Positions 1 through 13,023 are shown, numbered from the stretch's first letter. The stretch: 64,000 nucleotides of DNA from Eledone cirrhosa (GCA_964016885.1 OZ024740.1:305536001-305600000), one strand, 5' to 3'. Notes: generated by a model from the letters alone, not told the origin. Translations and numbers: made by a program.

Positions 1-59
1 CCCTTTCAATTAATTAAATATAATTCAATTAAAAGGAAACAACTAAACTAAACAGATAC

Positions 60-233
60 CATAACCTCTAGTCGACCAAAGTTTGTGAGTGAAATTTGGT
101 GGATTGGAGCTTGCAGAAGCCAGTTGGATGGACTGCAGATGGCTGACCGAACATCTAATTGAGAGGTTGGAGCTTCATATTGTGTTGTCGATGGCACTGT
201 GTTGTCACTATAAACAACTCTCAAAATGGCCAT
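60..233 (-). other. Possible first coding exon of an unidentified minus-strand gene that continues left of the window
   Basis: ORF MAILRVVYSDNTVPST...LEVM in a less AT-rich patch. Candidate acceptor (tgtttcag) near 373 and candidate donor (GTATCT) near 59. No homology recognised. Confidence 0.2.
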
Positions 234-679
234 GTCCTACTCTTCTATGCTGTGGTGGGGGGAGAACTCATAAGCAATGGTCCACCACCCCTATAACGAG
301 TCAGGAAAGCTTTGTGTGTGTGTGGACAACCAGAAGTCTGATTTCATTTCAGTGTTTTATCTATAGTACATACTGAAACATGGAGTCTCGGAAACAAGAT
401 GGAAAATTAACGTAAGAAACATAAATAAATAAAGAGGCACAATATTATTGAATTTACAATACAAAAAAATATTGAAGCTGAAGCATGTAATTATAAAAAT
501 GTAGGTTTTCTTTTTTTGCAACTATGATAATGAATAAACAAAGAATGAGGACTGAAAACATTTTCTTGTAGCCCATGAAAAATATTTATAATACAAATAA
601 GAAAATTAATTCTGTCATTTAGAGTAAGTTTCAGATCATTAATTTATATCTCTAGGATCACTTTGACAAACTTTTATCA

Positions 680-970
680 ACTAGCAGACGCCATTTTTAA
701 AACACACAACAAACATTAACAGTTGACTGTTTAAAACGACATCAATCATTGGTTAACAGCACGCTTGCGTTCATAATATTAGCCAATAATAATTAGTGTT
801 AGAAACATCAACAACACAAAATCTGCCTGCCTAAAAACTCGGCATTTTACTAATGATATCTTATACAATGGCAGGAGTTCTCGTGATTAATCATCCTGTG
901 TCAGTCAACTCATTAGTCACGGGAATGTGGCTGCTTTCTAAATTGGTTCTAGCCGACATGGCTTTGTAAA
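680..970. promoter_or_regulatory. Candidate promoter, possibly bidirectional
   Basis: YY1-like GACGCCATTTT near 687-697, CCAAT boxes in both orientations (attgg ~747, agccaat 781, attgg ~942), local CpG enrichment. Confidence 0.35.
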
Positions 971-1441
971 TACAAGTGCATTCAATCCTTGCAGGTCTGT
1001 ATATATCAAATAGTTAATTTTCATCTTAAAAATGACTTCCAACAAATCTACTTCATCAAAATATGATTTTAGTTTCTTCTTTCATCGTCAAGTTTTCTCT
1101 TCCTGACATTTTACGTTCACTGTATTGTTTACAAAGACCATGTTGTTTTATGGCATAACTACACTTTACTGTCTTCTTCTCACTTTGTTTTTCCCTCATA
1201 GTTGTCTTAATAATGTATATCTTTTATGATTGTTGATCACATTGAAAATAATAATATTATTAATTCAATTGAATAAAATATATTGTATAGTTTCGTTCAT
1301 GAATACTTTCATTTCATTTACAGGAATAGTTTGATTTGTAGTAAGTTAAACCTGCTTTCCAATTGATGGCGATAATAATATCAATTAGTAGAATGCCATT
1401 GATTTTAACTGAAACGAAATGTCATTTCTACAACTATAAAT

Positions 1442-1479
<38 letters not shown>

Positions 1480-1529
1480 ATATTGATTGATTTTGTAAGA
1501 TATATTGTGATTATTTTCATTGTTAAATT

Positions 1530-1571
<42 letters not shown>

Positions 1572-1606
1572 ATGATATATATATATATATATAGTCTTAT
1601 TTGATA

Positions 1607-1693
1607 TAGAAATGGCTTCTACAGGACTAGAACTATTTCATTCGTTTGGAATCTTGGAATCATCAGGTATTCCTGATGATTTCATACGAATGA
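1607..1693. ncRNA. Head-to-head hammerhead ribozyme motifs, Penelope-like terminus remnant (family HH-A)
   Basis: Minus strand reads CTGATGA-ttc...gaat-GAAAT-AG-ttctagtc-CT-GTA-gaa. Plus strand restarts ttc-CTGATGA-tttcatacgaatga. A second copy lies near 36297-36355. Confidence 0.55.
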
Positions 1694-1920
1694 TGTTTAC
1701 ACTCTACTAAGGTATGGAGTACCTTTTTAAATGTGTCCCCCTCTCTTAGTTGAGAGAGAGAGAGAGCAAAGGTAAAATTATATATACAAAGCTCAAATGT
1801 ATGTAGAGAATTATATATGATGGTATATAATTGCCAAGTAGTTTCAGAATTAGCTCAATGTGTTTATATATTGGTCTGAAGAAAAGGTAGACTTTTTAGG
1901 GAGAAAAAGTTGGAAAACAA

Positions 1921-2063
1921 CAAATATATAGATGGAAAAATTAACTTTTAAATCATTTAAAATTTCTTACACACGTTTCAAGTGAGTTGTACATTTACTT
2001 TCTTGAAACATGCGTGAGGAATTAAAAATGATTTAAAAGCTAATTTTCCCATCTATATATTTG
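1921..2063. repeat. Inverted repeat with ~60-bp arms; each arm carries the 3' half of a hammerhead (GAAAC-NNNN-GTR)
   Basis: caaatatatagatggaaaaatt...acacgtttcaag versus cttgaaacatgcgtgagg...cccatctatatatttg. Confidence 0.7.
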
Positions 2064-3587
2064 ATTATATATATATATTAGAAAGTGTCGAGTTCTTGTC
2101 GTTTCGACAACTAATAAATAAAATATCTAATTATTTTATTCTTATATTAATTTAGTGTAATTTAGGACACACTCCTATCTCCCTCAAACCTTATTTAACA
2201 AATGTGTTTATATGTCTTAAAATCTTATTCACACTTGTATTATTTATACACTACAAATTGTTTATAGTTCTTATAGAATGAAAATATAAACACCAATATA
2301 TAATGTATTGATCTCAGTTTTGTTTAAAATATATCCTGTGACCTAGACTCATTTATCATTATAGATTATAGACAATATTGAACGACAGGAAAACATTTTA
2401 ATAGTTTGTTAATGTCCACGTCATGAAAGAAGTTACTAATTACCGTTAGCTATTTATAGAATTACAAACATATAACTTTTACAATAACACCCAGCACGGA
2501 ATAAAACGTCGCTATAATGAAGTTTTAATTATTTTTAATTATGAATTCTTCAAACTCTGTTTATGTTGTGTATTGTTATACTTTCCGCCAACATGTATAT
2601 ACTTTTTTGTGGTTGGGACTAATTAGATTGATTATTCTTCGATTTGGATAATTACTAAGTTTATATCTTATTTCTTTCTTTAAAAAAGAAGGGTAAATCT
2701 TTTAATTGAATTTCAGTAATTAAAATTGACACTTATATTTTCCTAATTTCGATATGTTTGATGAATCTTACATATAAACACATTGAGTGAAAGCCAAGCT
2801 AGTACCAGATGAAATTAAAAATAGACAGAAATGGAAACACAGATGCTATTTTTCTAATTACACAATTGTAAGTAAATTAACAGCATGGCCGAAGGGGAAC
2901 GTTCTGTATAGTAAATCCACATGCGGTTGAGTCTTTATGTAAGTAAATTACTGTGAAATGGTACACTATCAGTTTCATCAATCCCCATAATTTCTCCTGT
3001 TCTATTAGCATTTACTCAGAACTAGGGAAGCCTACAAATGTCTGACCTAAGCTTTACATAGGTAATCTGTCCGATCCTGCCGATTAGTAGACTATTATTC
3101 TCATCTCCAATATTTCTAAAATGTAAACAATGACCGCCATTATCACATTTGTTGTTCTGCAAAGTATCTACAATCGCATTGGCGATTTATCCTATGTTAA
3201 TATCAATTGAATATTTTTGTAAAAGGAAATTTGCTGCAAAGCTTTTAACCATATCTAGGAGGAATTCATATATATTTGCCAGTTTATGGGTTACGCCTAT
3301 CACAAATCACTTGTTTGGGAAATTTCATCTACGCTTGCTTGCAATGTTTATTGATGGAATACACTAGTGAATCCCCTGGTTCACTTCTCTCCCTACCTCA
3401 CTCTATATTCATGTTTCCTTTCACCACTTTTATCTCTAGGCAGATAATGTTACTCTATAATACTCCTCTTTTCACATAAACTTTTTATTTACGCAATATA
3501 ATTACCCCCTCTTCTCCGGAATCCTGAACTTTATAGACTGAAACAGGAAATTTTAACAAATCTTTGAGAGTCCGTGTCATTTTGGTT

Positions 3588-3601
3588 ACTGCGCATGCAG
3601 T
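3588..3601. promoter_or_regulatory. NRF1-like motif, candidate FLCN promoter element
   Basis: actgcgcatgcagt resembles the NRF1 consensus YGCGCAYGCGCR and lies 3.5 kb upstream of the FLCN ATG exon. Confidence 0.3.
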
Positions 3602-4424
3602 AATATCCAATACAATTTCAGATACATATTGGGTTGGGGTTAGTTAGGGGCTAAGTGGATTGATGTTCTGGTGATCTACGATTTCAGCTGCTAAGATACT
3701 AAACACTATTGACGATTCCCTGGGGAGAGGGAGACGATATGATTATGGTTGGAACGTTTTTGTTGATATTAATTTGAAGAAAAAAAAAACCCCAAAAAAC
3801 TCATCTGATTCCTTAAACAAAAATATTGAGAAGTATATAGTTATGTTGAAATTTTTTTGTACATATATAATGATACATATTTTAGTATATTTACGAAGAC
3901 CAACATAAATCGGATTGTCAAGTTTGTTTTGCAGATTTTGGCTTCAAAGTTCAGAATATTCTTTTTATACACTATCTCCTTGAGAACATTTTGTATAGTC
4001 TTGGTATTGTAGCAGCACCAAAATGCACATTTTATACATCTGGTGGGAGGGGAGAGGAAACCACATTACCAGGATACAGCATATCTTTGGGCCAGAGGTT
4101 GGCTGTCGTTGGCCAGCAAATTTGCAGCAGATGGCATTTTTTGTTGTTGAAACCTGTATCCGTAGCAGCAGCATTGTCCTAGATATGGGAACAGTACTCA
4201 ATTTTGGGTCTCACTCGAACTTTATTGTAGGTTAGTAGTTGGGGCTGAAGTGATTTTCTGATTCTGAAGAATCTTTATGTTGACATTCTCAGTGATGGTG
4301 TGACTTAACATTTGTGGTGACCTCAAGGGTTTTAGTTGCATGTTCTACTTTAGGAGAGGTAGAGCATGATATTGTTTACTTGATATATGCATTGATTGTA
4401 TCCTTGTGCTGGTTGAAGGAATCA

Positions 4425-4654
4425 TTAGCCCTTTAGCATTCACATTACTCTATATATACTATAATATTTTTGTGGTAAAGGCTTTACCTAAATATAATTA
4501 TCTCACATAATATCGAATCTATGAGATTTTGATATTATTTGTGTTGAGAACAATACCTTAACATGAGTATGAGTGGCTGGTTACGGCCAGTTTCAATAGA
4601 AAGAGGTGCGAGGATTCTGGTCGGTTACGGCCGGTTTAAATGCTAAAGGGTTAG
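4425..4654 (+). mobile_element. piggyBac-type MITE, copy 1
   Basis: TIRs CCCTTTAGCATT / AATGCTAAAGGG, flanked by TTAG on both sides. Confidence 0.85.
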
Positions 4655-5674
4655 AGAATGTTTTTGAGGTCTCTGTTCAAGGTGTCAGTGTATGCTGGAT
4701 GTGAGGTGTCTAGGCTCCATGTGGCATGGTATCAACTGCATAAGAGTGTATGTCATTGGAGAGGACAGCAAGTGGTTTGTTGATATACATTGATGTACAT
4801 AAAGAATGTAGGAGACAAATCTGAATTTTGGGTGCCAGAATTGATAATGTGGGTTGGAGAGAAAGAGAGAGCTGAATTAGCACTCATCGTGACAGGAAGC
4901 CTCCAAACGAATAGAGATAGATAGACACACATGCTCATTTTCCCCTGCCAACCAAAAAAACTGTAAGAATTCAAATTAAACATCAAGTGCTCTAACTCAC
5001 AAGCTATCCCTATTCTCTAGTCTAGTTATTAGAGGTAATACACTCAGTTTAAGGTACAGGTTAATGACTTATTCCCATTGAGTAAATTTAGGTATTGCAA
5101 AAACTGTTTAAAACAGTGCGCAGGCTCATTGTCTGTTGTAAGAACCAAAGGTAAACATAGCTAAGACTTTATTTTAGTGAAGGTCAGTGGTTTTGTGTTA
5201 ACTTGTTGAAGAATGCCTATTTGTGGTTTTCTTAAATTAAAATGTGTAAAGCACCATTTTTCTCTTTGTTGGGTTTACTCAATCAGACCTTTAGTGTAGC
5301 AGTAGCTGATTAAATGCTTAAGCTCACTGTAGCTATACTATGTCGCAGTATATTTTGTGATCACATCACACAATTTTCCATGCAATAAATAGTTGGTTGT
5401 ATGTGGCACTGCGAGGCAGTCATAGTACATTGCCTGTTAACTTGTTTAGCCTATATAACTATTATAACTAGCAGCTCTAGTGTTTAATAAAGTGTATTTG
5501 TTGCTGTGTATGATTAAAAAGAAAATGTTTATGGTGGACGTAAAAACGATGATGATGATATATATATATATATATATATATATTACACTAACAGATATAG
5601 TTTGAGTGCTCTACCAGAATTTTTATTTCAAAAGATACGCTAGATGTATATATATATATATATATATATATACA

Positions 5675-6460
5675 TCTTGGCTGGTCAGATGTCATTTTAA
5701 ATCTGCTGGCCACAGTATTTCATCCATTCTGTTCTTGATCTCGCCCTCCTTCATTGTGGTCCTATTATTCTCTTTATATCATCATTCCATCTGAATGGAG
5801 GCCTTCCCAGTGGTTGTTTCTGCTTCCAAGGGTACCACTTAACTGCACGGGTCCACCGATTATCAGTGTGACATACCTGGCCCATCTGAGTTTGTTCAGA
5901 TGGTACTCAGTGATAATGTACTTCACTCTATTTCTTTCCCTGATCTTGCTCATTTCGGATGTGATCTTTCAAGATGATTCCCAGCATTGACCTTTCCCTG
6001 GCTCTTTGTGCTGTTATTATTTGCTGTTCCTCCCTCTTCGTTGTCACCCATATTTCACATGTAGATATGTTCGCACGAGTGGCTTTGTCAAGGTTCGCTT
6101 TCAGCACAGTCTTTGCTGAGTTGAATGCTCTCCGGCCTGATCTTATTCTCCATGAAATCTCATTAACCATGTCACATCTCATGGTTATAACTTGGCTGCT
6201 ATGCACATAACTTTTCACCACCTCAATTTCATCAGAGAGATCGGCTGGTATGGCGGTGTGCAAATCAATGGTGAGCTACTCACCCACCTCCAGTTTGCAG
6301 ATAACATTACATTCGTTGCAGAAAATACTGGGCAGCTACAGACCATGCTGGATGAGCTGAAGACCAGAGGTTTGGCAGTCAGCCTGAGGATCAATTGTGT
6401 GAAAACAATGTACATGCGGTCTAAAGGCATGACACCCAGTCAAGTTGTGGTTGGAGGCAA
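5675..6460 (-). mobile_element. 5'-truncated RTE-clade LINE with a 5' inversion
   Basis: Minus strand encodes the RT C-terminus (DEIEVVKSYV...RIRSGRRAF...LKDHIRNE). 6250-6460 on the plus strand encodes the immediately preceding RT segment (GVQINGELLTHLQFADNI...VVGG). Confidence 0.75.
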
Positions 6461-6467
6461 TATATAT

Positions 6468-6870
6468 ATCATCATCATCATCATCGTTTAACGTCCATTT
6501 TCCACGCTAGCATGGGTCTGGACGGGAATTGTCCCACTTGAGGCAAGATTGGTTGTCTTGCTCAGGACTGTCTAGCAGGTTTTCTACGACTGGATGCCCT
6601 TCCTAACATCAACCACGTGTATTTTGGTTAAGAGGTCCCTACTGACTGTAGGTTTCGTTTTGTACATAGAGAAGGCGGGTCTTCTGTATTAATACGTAGC
6701 GCCAAAGATCTCAGTCCAGTGACATTGTCTTGGAGAGGTGTAAGTGTGTGAGGTCGGATTTTATCAAGTCGTCCCAGGTTTTTCTGGGTCTGCCTACTCC
6801 GAAGCTACCATCTATTTTGATCGCCCTGCACTTTTTTATGCAGCTGTCATCTTTCATGCGCATCACGTGA
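6468..6870 (-). mobile_element. 3' end fragment of the PHD-RTE LINE family with (ATG)n tail
   Basis: Closely similar to 13024-13640, including the 3' UTR and the end of the ORF. Confidence 0.8.
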
Positions 6871-7161
6871 TCATCATTATTGTTTTAATATCTGATTTCC
6901 CTGCTAGCAAAGGTTGGACAGGTCTACATAGACCATGTCAGTACTGAAGCAGAGCCACTATCTCCCAGACAGGCCAGGGTTTTGTCTCGCTTTATGTAAG
7001 GTCGACAGTCCACCGAGTGCACAAGAGAAGTTGTCTTGTTTTTGACGTAATTGAGGTCCTCCCAACCCTTTATACATACACACATACACACACACATATA
7101 TATACACACACTCACTAATATTGCATATATTTTTGATTTCAGATATTTTTAAATTATAAAA

Positions 7162-7389
7162 ATGAATGCTATTATAGCTGTGTGTCACTTTTGTGAACTA
7201 CATGGCCCAAGAATTGTATATTGTACACAATCTTTCCATCCACAAGAACACAGAGCCGTAGATGATGAAGATGCATTGTCTGATGTTAGTGGTGGTCATC
7301 TACACAACCGGTCAAAAGCCATACGACATGGTTCTTTCTCTTCAACTGATAGTGTAGCTGTGACAAGTATGAAGACAGATCTTTGTGAA
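7162..7389 (+). CDS. FLCN: Folliculin coding exon 1
   Basis: [23 protein letters not shown] matches the FLCN N-terminus ([23 protein letters not shown]). Acceptor AG at 7141-7142, so an upstream non-coding exon is likely. Donor GTATGT at 7390, phase 0. Confidence 0.97.
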
Positions 7390-7511
7390 GTATGTCATCT
7401 TATTCATTATTCCATTTCACTTTTCACTTTTATGTTTATATTTTATTCACCTCTCCCAATTTCATTGCTTCACTTTTCTCTACATTCTCTCTATTTTTGT
7501 TACTATTTTTA

Positions 7512-8046
7512 AACTCTCACCTACTTTTGGGTCTCAAATCCCCCCCCCCCCCAGCTTATTAATTTTTCACACTCTCCACACTCCACACTCTATTCCACCC
7601 TGCTTATTGCTAATGTATCTCCGACAAAATTTTTCTTTAGACATTAACCCTTTAGCATTTACATTACTCTATATTTACTATTGTATTTTTGTGGTAAAGG
7701 CTTTATCTTACATAATATCGAATCTAAGATTTTGATATTACTTATTTTGAGAACAATACCTTAATATCAGTATAAGCAGCCAGTTATTGCCAGTTTGAAC
7801 AGAGAGAGGTGAGAGAATTTTGACCGGATTCAGCCTGTTTAAATGCTAAAGGGTTAAAAAACATTATACATGACAAAAAATACATGACTAGAAATCCCAT
7901 AAGTTATAAAATAGATAGAATGGAGTGGGGTCTCAATATGTAACCTAAACGACTAATTCTGGTTTTTTAAAAAATCAACTGAGACAACCTAAAAAAATTA
8001 CGAATTTTCCAATCCTTCTCCCTATTATTTGGGACCCAAGAATACT
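7512..8046 (+). mobile_element. Tc1/mariner/pogo-type MITE interrupted by a piggyBac MITE
   Basis: Ends in attatttgggacccaagaata. Same family as 21395-21583, 39325-40045 and 45966-46280 (TIR about ACTCTCGGGTCCCAAATAAT). Confidence 0.6.
7644..7857 (+). mobile_element. piggyBac-type MITE, copy 2 (nested)
   Basis: TTAA-CCCTTTAGCATTT...AAATGCTAAAGGG-TTAA. Confidence 0.9.
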
Positions 8047-8213
8047 TTCACACACACTTTCATTCTCTTGTCTTTATTTTCTCCTTTTATTTTTGTACTC
8101 TTCTTACTTTTTAAATGTAAACATTGGATATTTGTTGAGTAAAAATCATGGAACTCTCATGTTCTTTCCTGTCATAACATCTAACAAACCCAAACTTATA
8201 TTATAAGTTGCAT

Positions 8214-8432
8214 TTAACTCTTTAGTATTTACATTACTCTATATATACTATTGTATTTTTGTGGTAAATGCTTTATCTTACATAATTATCTCACAATATT
8301 GAATCTACAAGATTTTGATATTTTTTATTTTGAGAACAATACCTTAATGTTAGTATGAGTGGCTGGTTATGGCTGCTTTGAACAGAAAAATGTGAGAGAA
8401 TTCTGGCCAGATATGGCCAGTTTAAATACTTT
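8214..8432 (+). mobile_element. piggyBac-type MITE, copy 3 (degenerate right end)
   Basis: Same internal sequence as copies 1 and 2. Confidence 0.8.
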
Positions 8433-8951
8433 AAACTATAGCTTATACTTATAATGCCATAATTTTGATTGTATCGATATATGGAAGTTGTTAAAATTGA
8501 GAAATGTAATTGTCTTAGTCCTTAGATTAGATGTCTGCACGAGATGAGGAGTCAATGTTTCATATTAAAGTCACTGATGCTGTACTACATCTCTAGATAC
8601 TTATTTTTAAATGTCCTTGTCTACAGTTCACCACCACAGGTATCATAAGACACTATACTAGACTGATAACAGACCCTTTTGATTTTGCTTAGACTCATGT
8701 CAGCTTTGATCAAGCAGGCTTCTAACCAAAGGCATTCCAGGCATGATCATTCAATCTTTTTTTCAGACATATTATACCTACATTATCCAATGTGTTTTCT
8801 TTTTTTTAATATGGTAGGGTATGATTTCAGGGAGAATTGGCTACTATTTATAGCCAGTTGAACAACTCAGCATAGGTTCCCTAAATTGAGTTTCATTATG
8901 AGTGATTAGCTATATGGCAGGGACAATGATCCAACTGTACAAATTACTAAT

Positions 8952-9180
8952 TTAACCCTTTAGGATTTAAACCGGCTGTATCCGGCCTGAATTCTCTCAC
9001 CTTTTTCTTTTGAAACTGGCTGTAACCAGCCACTCATAGTGATGTTAAGGTATTGTTCTCAAAATAAATAATATCAAAATCTCATAAATTCGGTATTATG
9101 TGAGATAATTATGTAAGGTAAAGCCTTTACGGTGAAAATATAATAGTAAATATAGAGTAATGTAAATGCTAAAGGGTTAA
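8952..9180 (-). mobile_element. piggyBac-type MITE, copy 4
   Basis: TTAA TSD and TIRs; internal sequence in the opposite orientation. Confidence 0.9.
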
Positions 9181-10194
9181 AACAATATATATATATATAT
9201 ATAATATTTTGATTTCCTGCAAAATGGCTAAATAAAATAACAACTGTTGACTAGAAACCTTGTTGCTGGTTTAAATTTTAACATTTAACTGTTAGTGCTC
9301 TGTGTTCATAACCCTTCATCGGATGGGATGGTTTATGTTCTCATTAATAAACTGGCTAAATTGAGAGCAAGAGAGAAATTAAGCACAGTGGGAGCCTGAA
9401 AGACATGCATACCTTTATGCTTGGAGACAGTAAATATGTATTTCTATATATTCAACTTTCCTCAGCCCAGATTCCAAATACACAAAAAGATTAAAATACT
9501 GCATAGCTGTGAACAAACAGAGCTGCTACATGGGCAGATGTGACACAGTTATGAGTAAGCTTTTTTATGGAAAAGGGCTGAAACACTCGCTTGAGTAGCG
9601 TTTCTTCTCAGAAGAGCTTCTGCTGAGAATTTCTTACTACTGGAAAACACTTTGAGAGCTGTTGACTAGTAGAGGTTATAAACCATCTTTTGTGAATTGA
9701 ATGTGCACCACAGGGCCTGGGACAGACAAATGTACAGACCACAGGTGAACAGTGACGGAGAAAGAGACACAAAGACTTAAGGAATGACATTAGAAATTAA
9801 TTTCCAGTTATATCTTATAATCATTTGCTTTATTATGATCATTTGCTTTATTATGAATCACTATGACCATGGGGTTAAGTTGCTAGGTAGTTGACCAAAT
9901 GGTCATAAGTTCAGATCTCAATACAGCGTATTATGTTGAATCCCTGAACCTGACTCGGCTTGCTCCAGTTTGTTTGACTAAACAAAAAATAGGACTCTTA
10001 TTAGTATTAATAAATAACTTTCTCATTTAAGGTTACAAAAGATAGAAAAGTTGATACAAAACAGTTAAATGATTAAAAATTTAATAAATGTTTTACATGT
10101 CAATTTCCTCTGAGATCAATTATAAATTTGTGTTCTTATTTATTTTATTGTGTATTGTATTTCCTTTTAAAACGGAATCATTTATTTCACACAG

Positions 10195-10332
10195 GGCTGT
10201 TATTCAGTGAAAACTGGATTTGTCAGTCATGATGATGAAGTTCCTATCAGTTATGTGAGCAGCCAACATCCACACCATCCTAAAGTTTTTAGTATGGTAC
10301 GACAGGCTTGTTTACGCAGTCTTAGTTGCGAG
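10195..10332 (+). CDS. FLCN: Folliculin coding exon 2
   Basis: [46 protein letters not shown]. Flanked by cag and gtaatt, phase 0/0. Confidence 0.96.
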
Positions 10333-10934
10333 GTAATTAAAATACTCTTTTCTGAAATTGGTGTTTTATTTTTATTTTTTAAGCAGCATTGCAGATTTTT
10401 CATAGCTTACAAAAGGAATAGATAAATATTTGTAGTTGTATTTACATCAATAAAGAAGTTGCAACATTGAGTTTAGCTGATATTAATAGCACTGTTTTAT
10501 ATGAATTCAATGTAAAATTGTGAGTTAGTTTTATTTCATAAAAATATAGCATTTTAATATAAACAGTTTATCATTACCATTATTTTTACATCTGCTCTTC
10601 CATGCTGGCATAGGTTAGGTGGGGCTATTTGAAACTGTAAATAAGGTGCTAAAATATCTGAAGTGATTAATTTACAATGAAAAATTTTCATAGTTTGAAC
10701 TTGTTAATACGTAAATATTCTATACACATACACGTTTTTCTTTGATTTAATAATACTTTTTCTTTCAGTCTTATGTAACATTGAAACACTTCTCACTTGT
10801 GTTTTACTGTTCTCGGTCTTCCTTCTAGTAAGATATGTGAACTGTGAAAGAAAAATATCTAAATATGAATTTTAATTACGAAACTTAACTGTATTTCATT
10901 GCCATTTTTACTTTTTGTTTTCTATAACCCACAG

Positions 10935-11156
10935 GTGTGTCCCGGTCGAGAAGGTCCCATTTTCTTTGGTGATAAACAACAAGGCAATGTTCTCAGTTAC
11001 ACTTTTTATATTCAAGATAATCAAGCTCGTGGATTTAAACGTTGGTATAGCATCATTATTGTCATGATGGATAAATTATATCTGTTGAACTCCTGGTCTT
11101 TCCTTGTACCAAACTTGCAACTCGTTATCAAGCAATTACAAATGAAAGCTGAAAAG
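10935..11156 (+). CDS. FLCN: Folliculin coding exon 3 (longin domain)
   Basis: [13 protein letters not shown]...[27 protein letters not shown]...KAEK. Flanked by cag and gtaagt. Confidence 0.97.
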
Positions 11157-11788
11157 GTAAGTAACTTGTGTAGAATTAGTTTATGTGGAATGAAAAATGA
11201 ATGAGAGTAGGCTGCCATTATCGAGATTCATTGAAACAATTGGAACTGTTTTTAGTAAGGAATATTGCAATCAAATGTTATATTATTTGAAACTAACACT
11301 GAAGTGGAGTAGAAGTCCTCCAGTGACTTCTAGAAAATATTTAATATTTCATGGTTAGAATCTTTTTTTTTTAAATGGATAAAGTAAAAATCATTGCTAC
11401 GATCTAATTGTTTGTTGTGTGATTGAGATTTTGTGGAAAGATGACATGTAGACTGTCACAACAGCTAATTGGCTTAAGATCTGTTGATGTTTGGTTTATG
11501 TCTCTTTAATCTGGAAAATACCCACATTCCTCTTGGTGACTTCAATATCTTGGATGTAGCATTTTTCTAAGTGTTTTTTGACAGAGGGAACAGTCATGGT
11601 TATGTGTTCTTTGATCTGTATGTGTAGTGGGTATGACAGGTCTACACATCTCACATTTCCACTAATGATTAGTTACATAACAAAGGAATAGCTCATTAAA
11701 ACAAGACTATCTGCTTTTTCTTTATTGGCCATGTGTTATAGCTCTCTCTCTCTCTCTCTCGCTCTCTCTCTACCTACACACACACACG

Positions 11789-11819
<31 letters not shown>

Positions 11820-12045
11820 ACGTATGTATATATATATGTGAGTGTGTGTTTGTGTATTGAACAATGAAAACAAATCAAAGTCAGAGATAGGTAGTTAATT
11901 AGTTCATTGTTTTACAATTGTTTCAGAGGCTGGATTGATCATGGTAGATCAATACATTGACTAACATGGTAGTTGTTACATCACTACTTGTTTCTAGTCT
12001 CAAAATCTCTGATCAATCAAACTGCCTTCTTCATATATATATATA

Positions 12046-12358
12046 TGGAGGCACATGGCTTAGTGGTTAGAGCATTGGCCTTGCAATCGAAAGGTTGTGA
12101 GTTCAATTTTCAGATCGGGTGATGTGTTGTTTCCTTGAGCAAGACACTTTATTTCACATTGCTCCAGTTTACTCAGCTGTAGAAATGAGATGATAGGGAC
12201 TGGAGTCCCTATCATTCCACTGCAAAGTGGTCGTGGAGGTGCCACGGTAAAAAAGCACCCAGCACTCACTGTAAATGAGGTTGCTGTAGAAATCAAGCCA
12301 GAATCAGTTCCCGTCCCACCCTTGCAAGCAGGGAAAAGCGGACGTAAAATGATGATGA
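12046..12358 (+). mobile_element. tRNA-derived CORE-type SINE (family A)
   Basis: A box TGGCTTAGTGG, B box GTTCAATT, CORE-like ccttgagcaagacacttt...cagctgtagaaatg, (ATG)n tail, inserted in a (TA)n tract. Confidence 0.85.
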
Positions 12359-12522
12359 TATATATATATAAGTTCCTATATCTGTTAGATACTTTAGGCT
12401 CAGTATGTAACTTATCAATGTAACACACTGGAACTGTGTATGATTTAATATCTTCATAACCATCATTCACTTTCCATAATAACAAAGGAAATTGTTTTTA
12501 TTTTGGTTTGATGTTTATTTAG

Positions 12523-12778
12523 GTCTACACAGAAGAACAGACAAGATGTCCACAGAAAGGCTACAGAGATAGTATTTACCCTGCAAGTTTCCGTTTTCAA
12601 CGAGGTGGAAACAAGCCTGCTAGATCATTGAAGGAATTAACAGATGATAAACATATCTTTAAAATGTTGCATGTATCTTTTGTGTGGATTTTAAAAGCTT
12701 GTGTCAACCGAATAACTGAAACCTCTCTTGAAGCCCCTCCTACAGAAGATGCTATTCTGGATACAGAGAGACTAGAAG
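12523..12778 (+). CDS. FLCN: Folliculin coding exon 4
   Basis: VYTEEQTRCPQK...ARSLKELTDDKHIFKMLHVSFVWILKAC..RITE...PTED. Flanked by tag and gtaggt, phase 0/1. Confidence 0.93.
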
Positions 12779-13023
12779 GTAGGTTTAAGGATTTCCTTCC
12801 ACTGGAATTTCCTTGTACTTTTTCACCCATCGGTCAATTATTACTAATCACTGTTATAGTCTAATTCTATACAAATTACTCAATACTACTTGATTAAGGA
12901 ACAAAAAGTTCTACCTTTATTTCATGGCTGTCTGTTTAGCAGTAATTCAGCTGTAAAAAAAAGAGTTGCTCTAATAAAACATTCTAGCCATGAAAGCCAG
13001 CCTAGTTGAGGACACAATGACTG

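Noticed and set aside
12046-12120. tRNA gene (also 22491, 34570, 35921, 56047)
   Set aside because: A and B boxes are present, but each is followed by a SINE body and tail and lacks a full cloverleaf.
12060-12485. 141-aa ORF, and similar ORFs at 17404 and 34395
   Set aside because: These are antisense translations of SINE family A.
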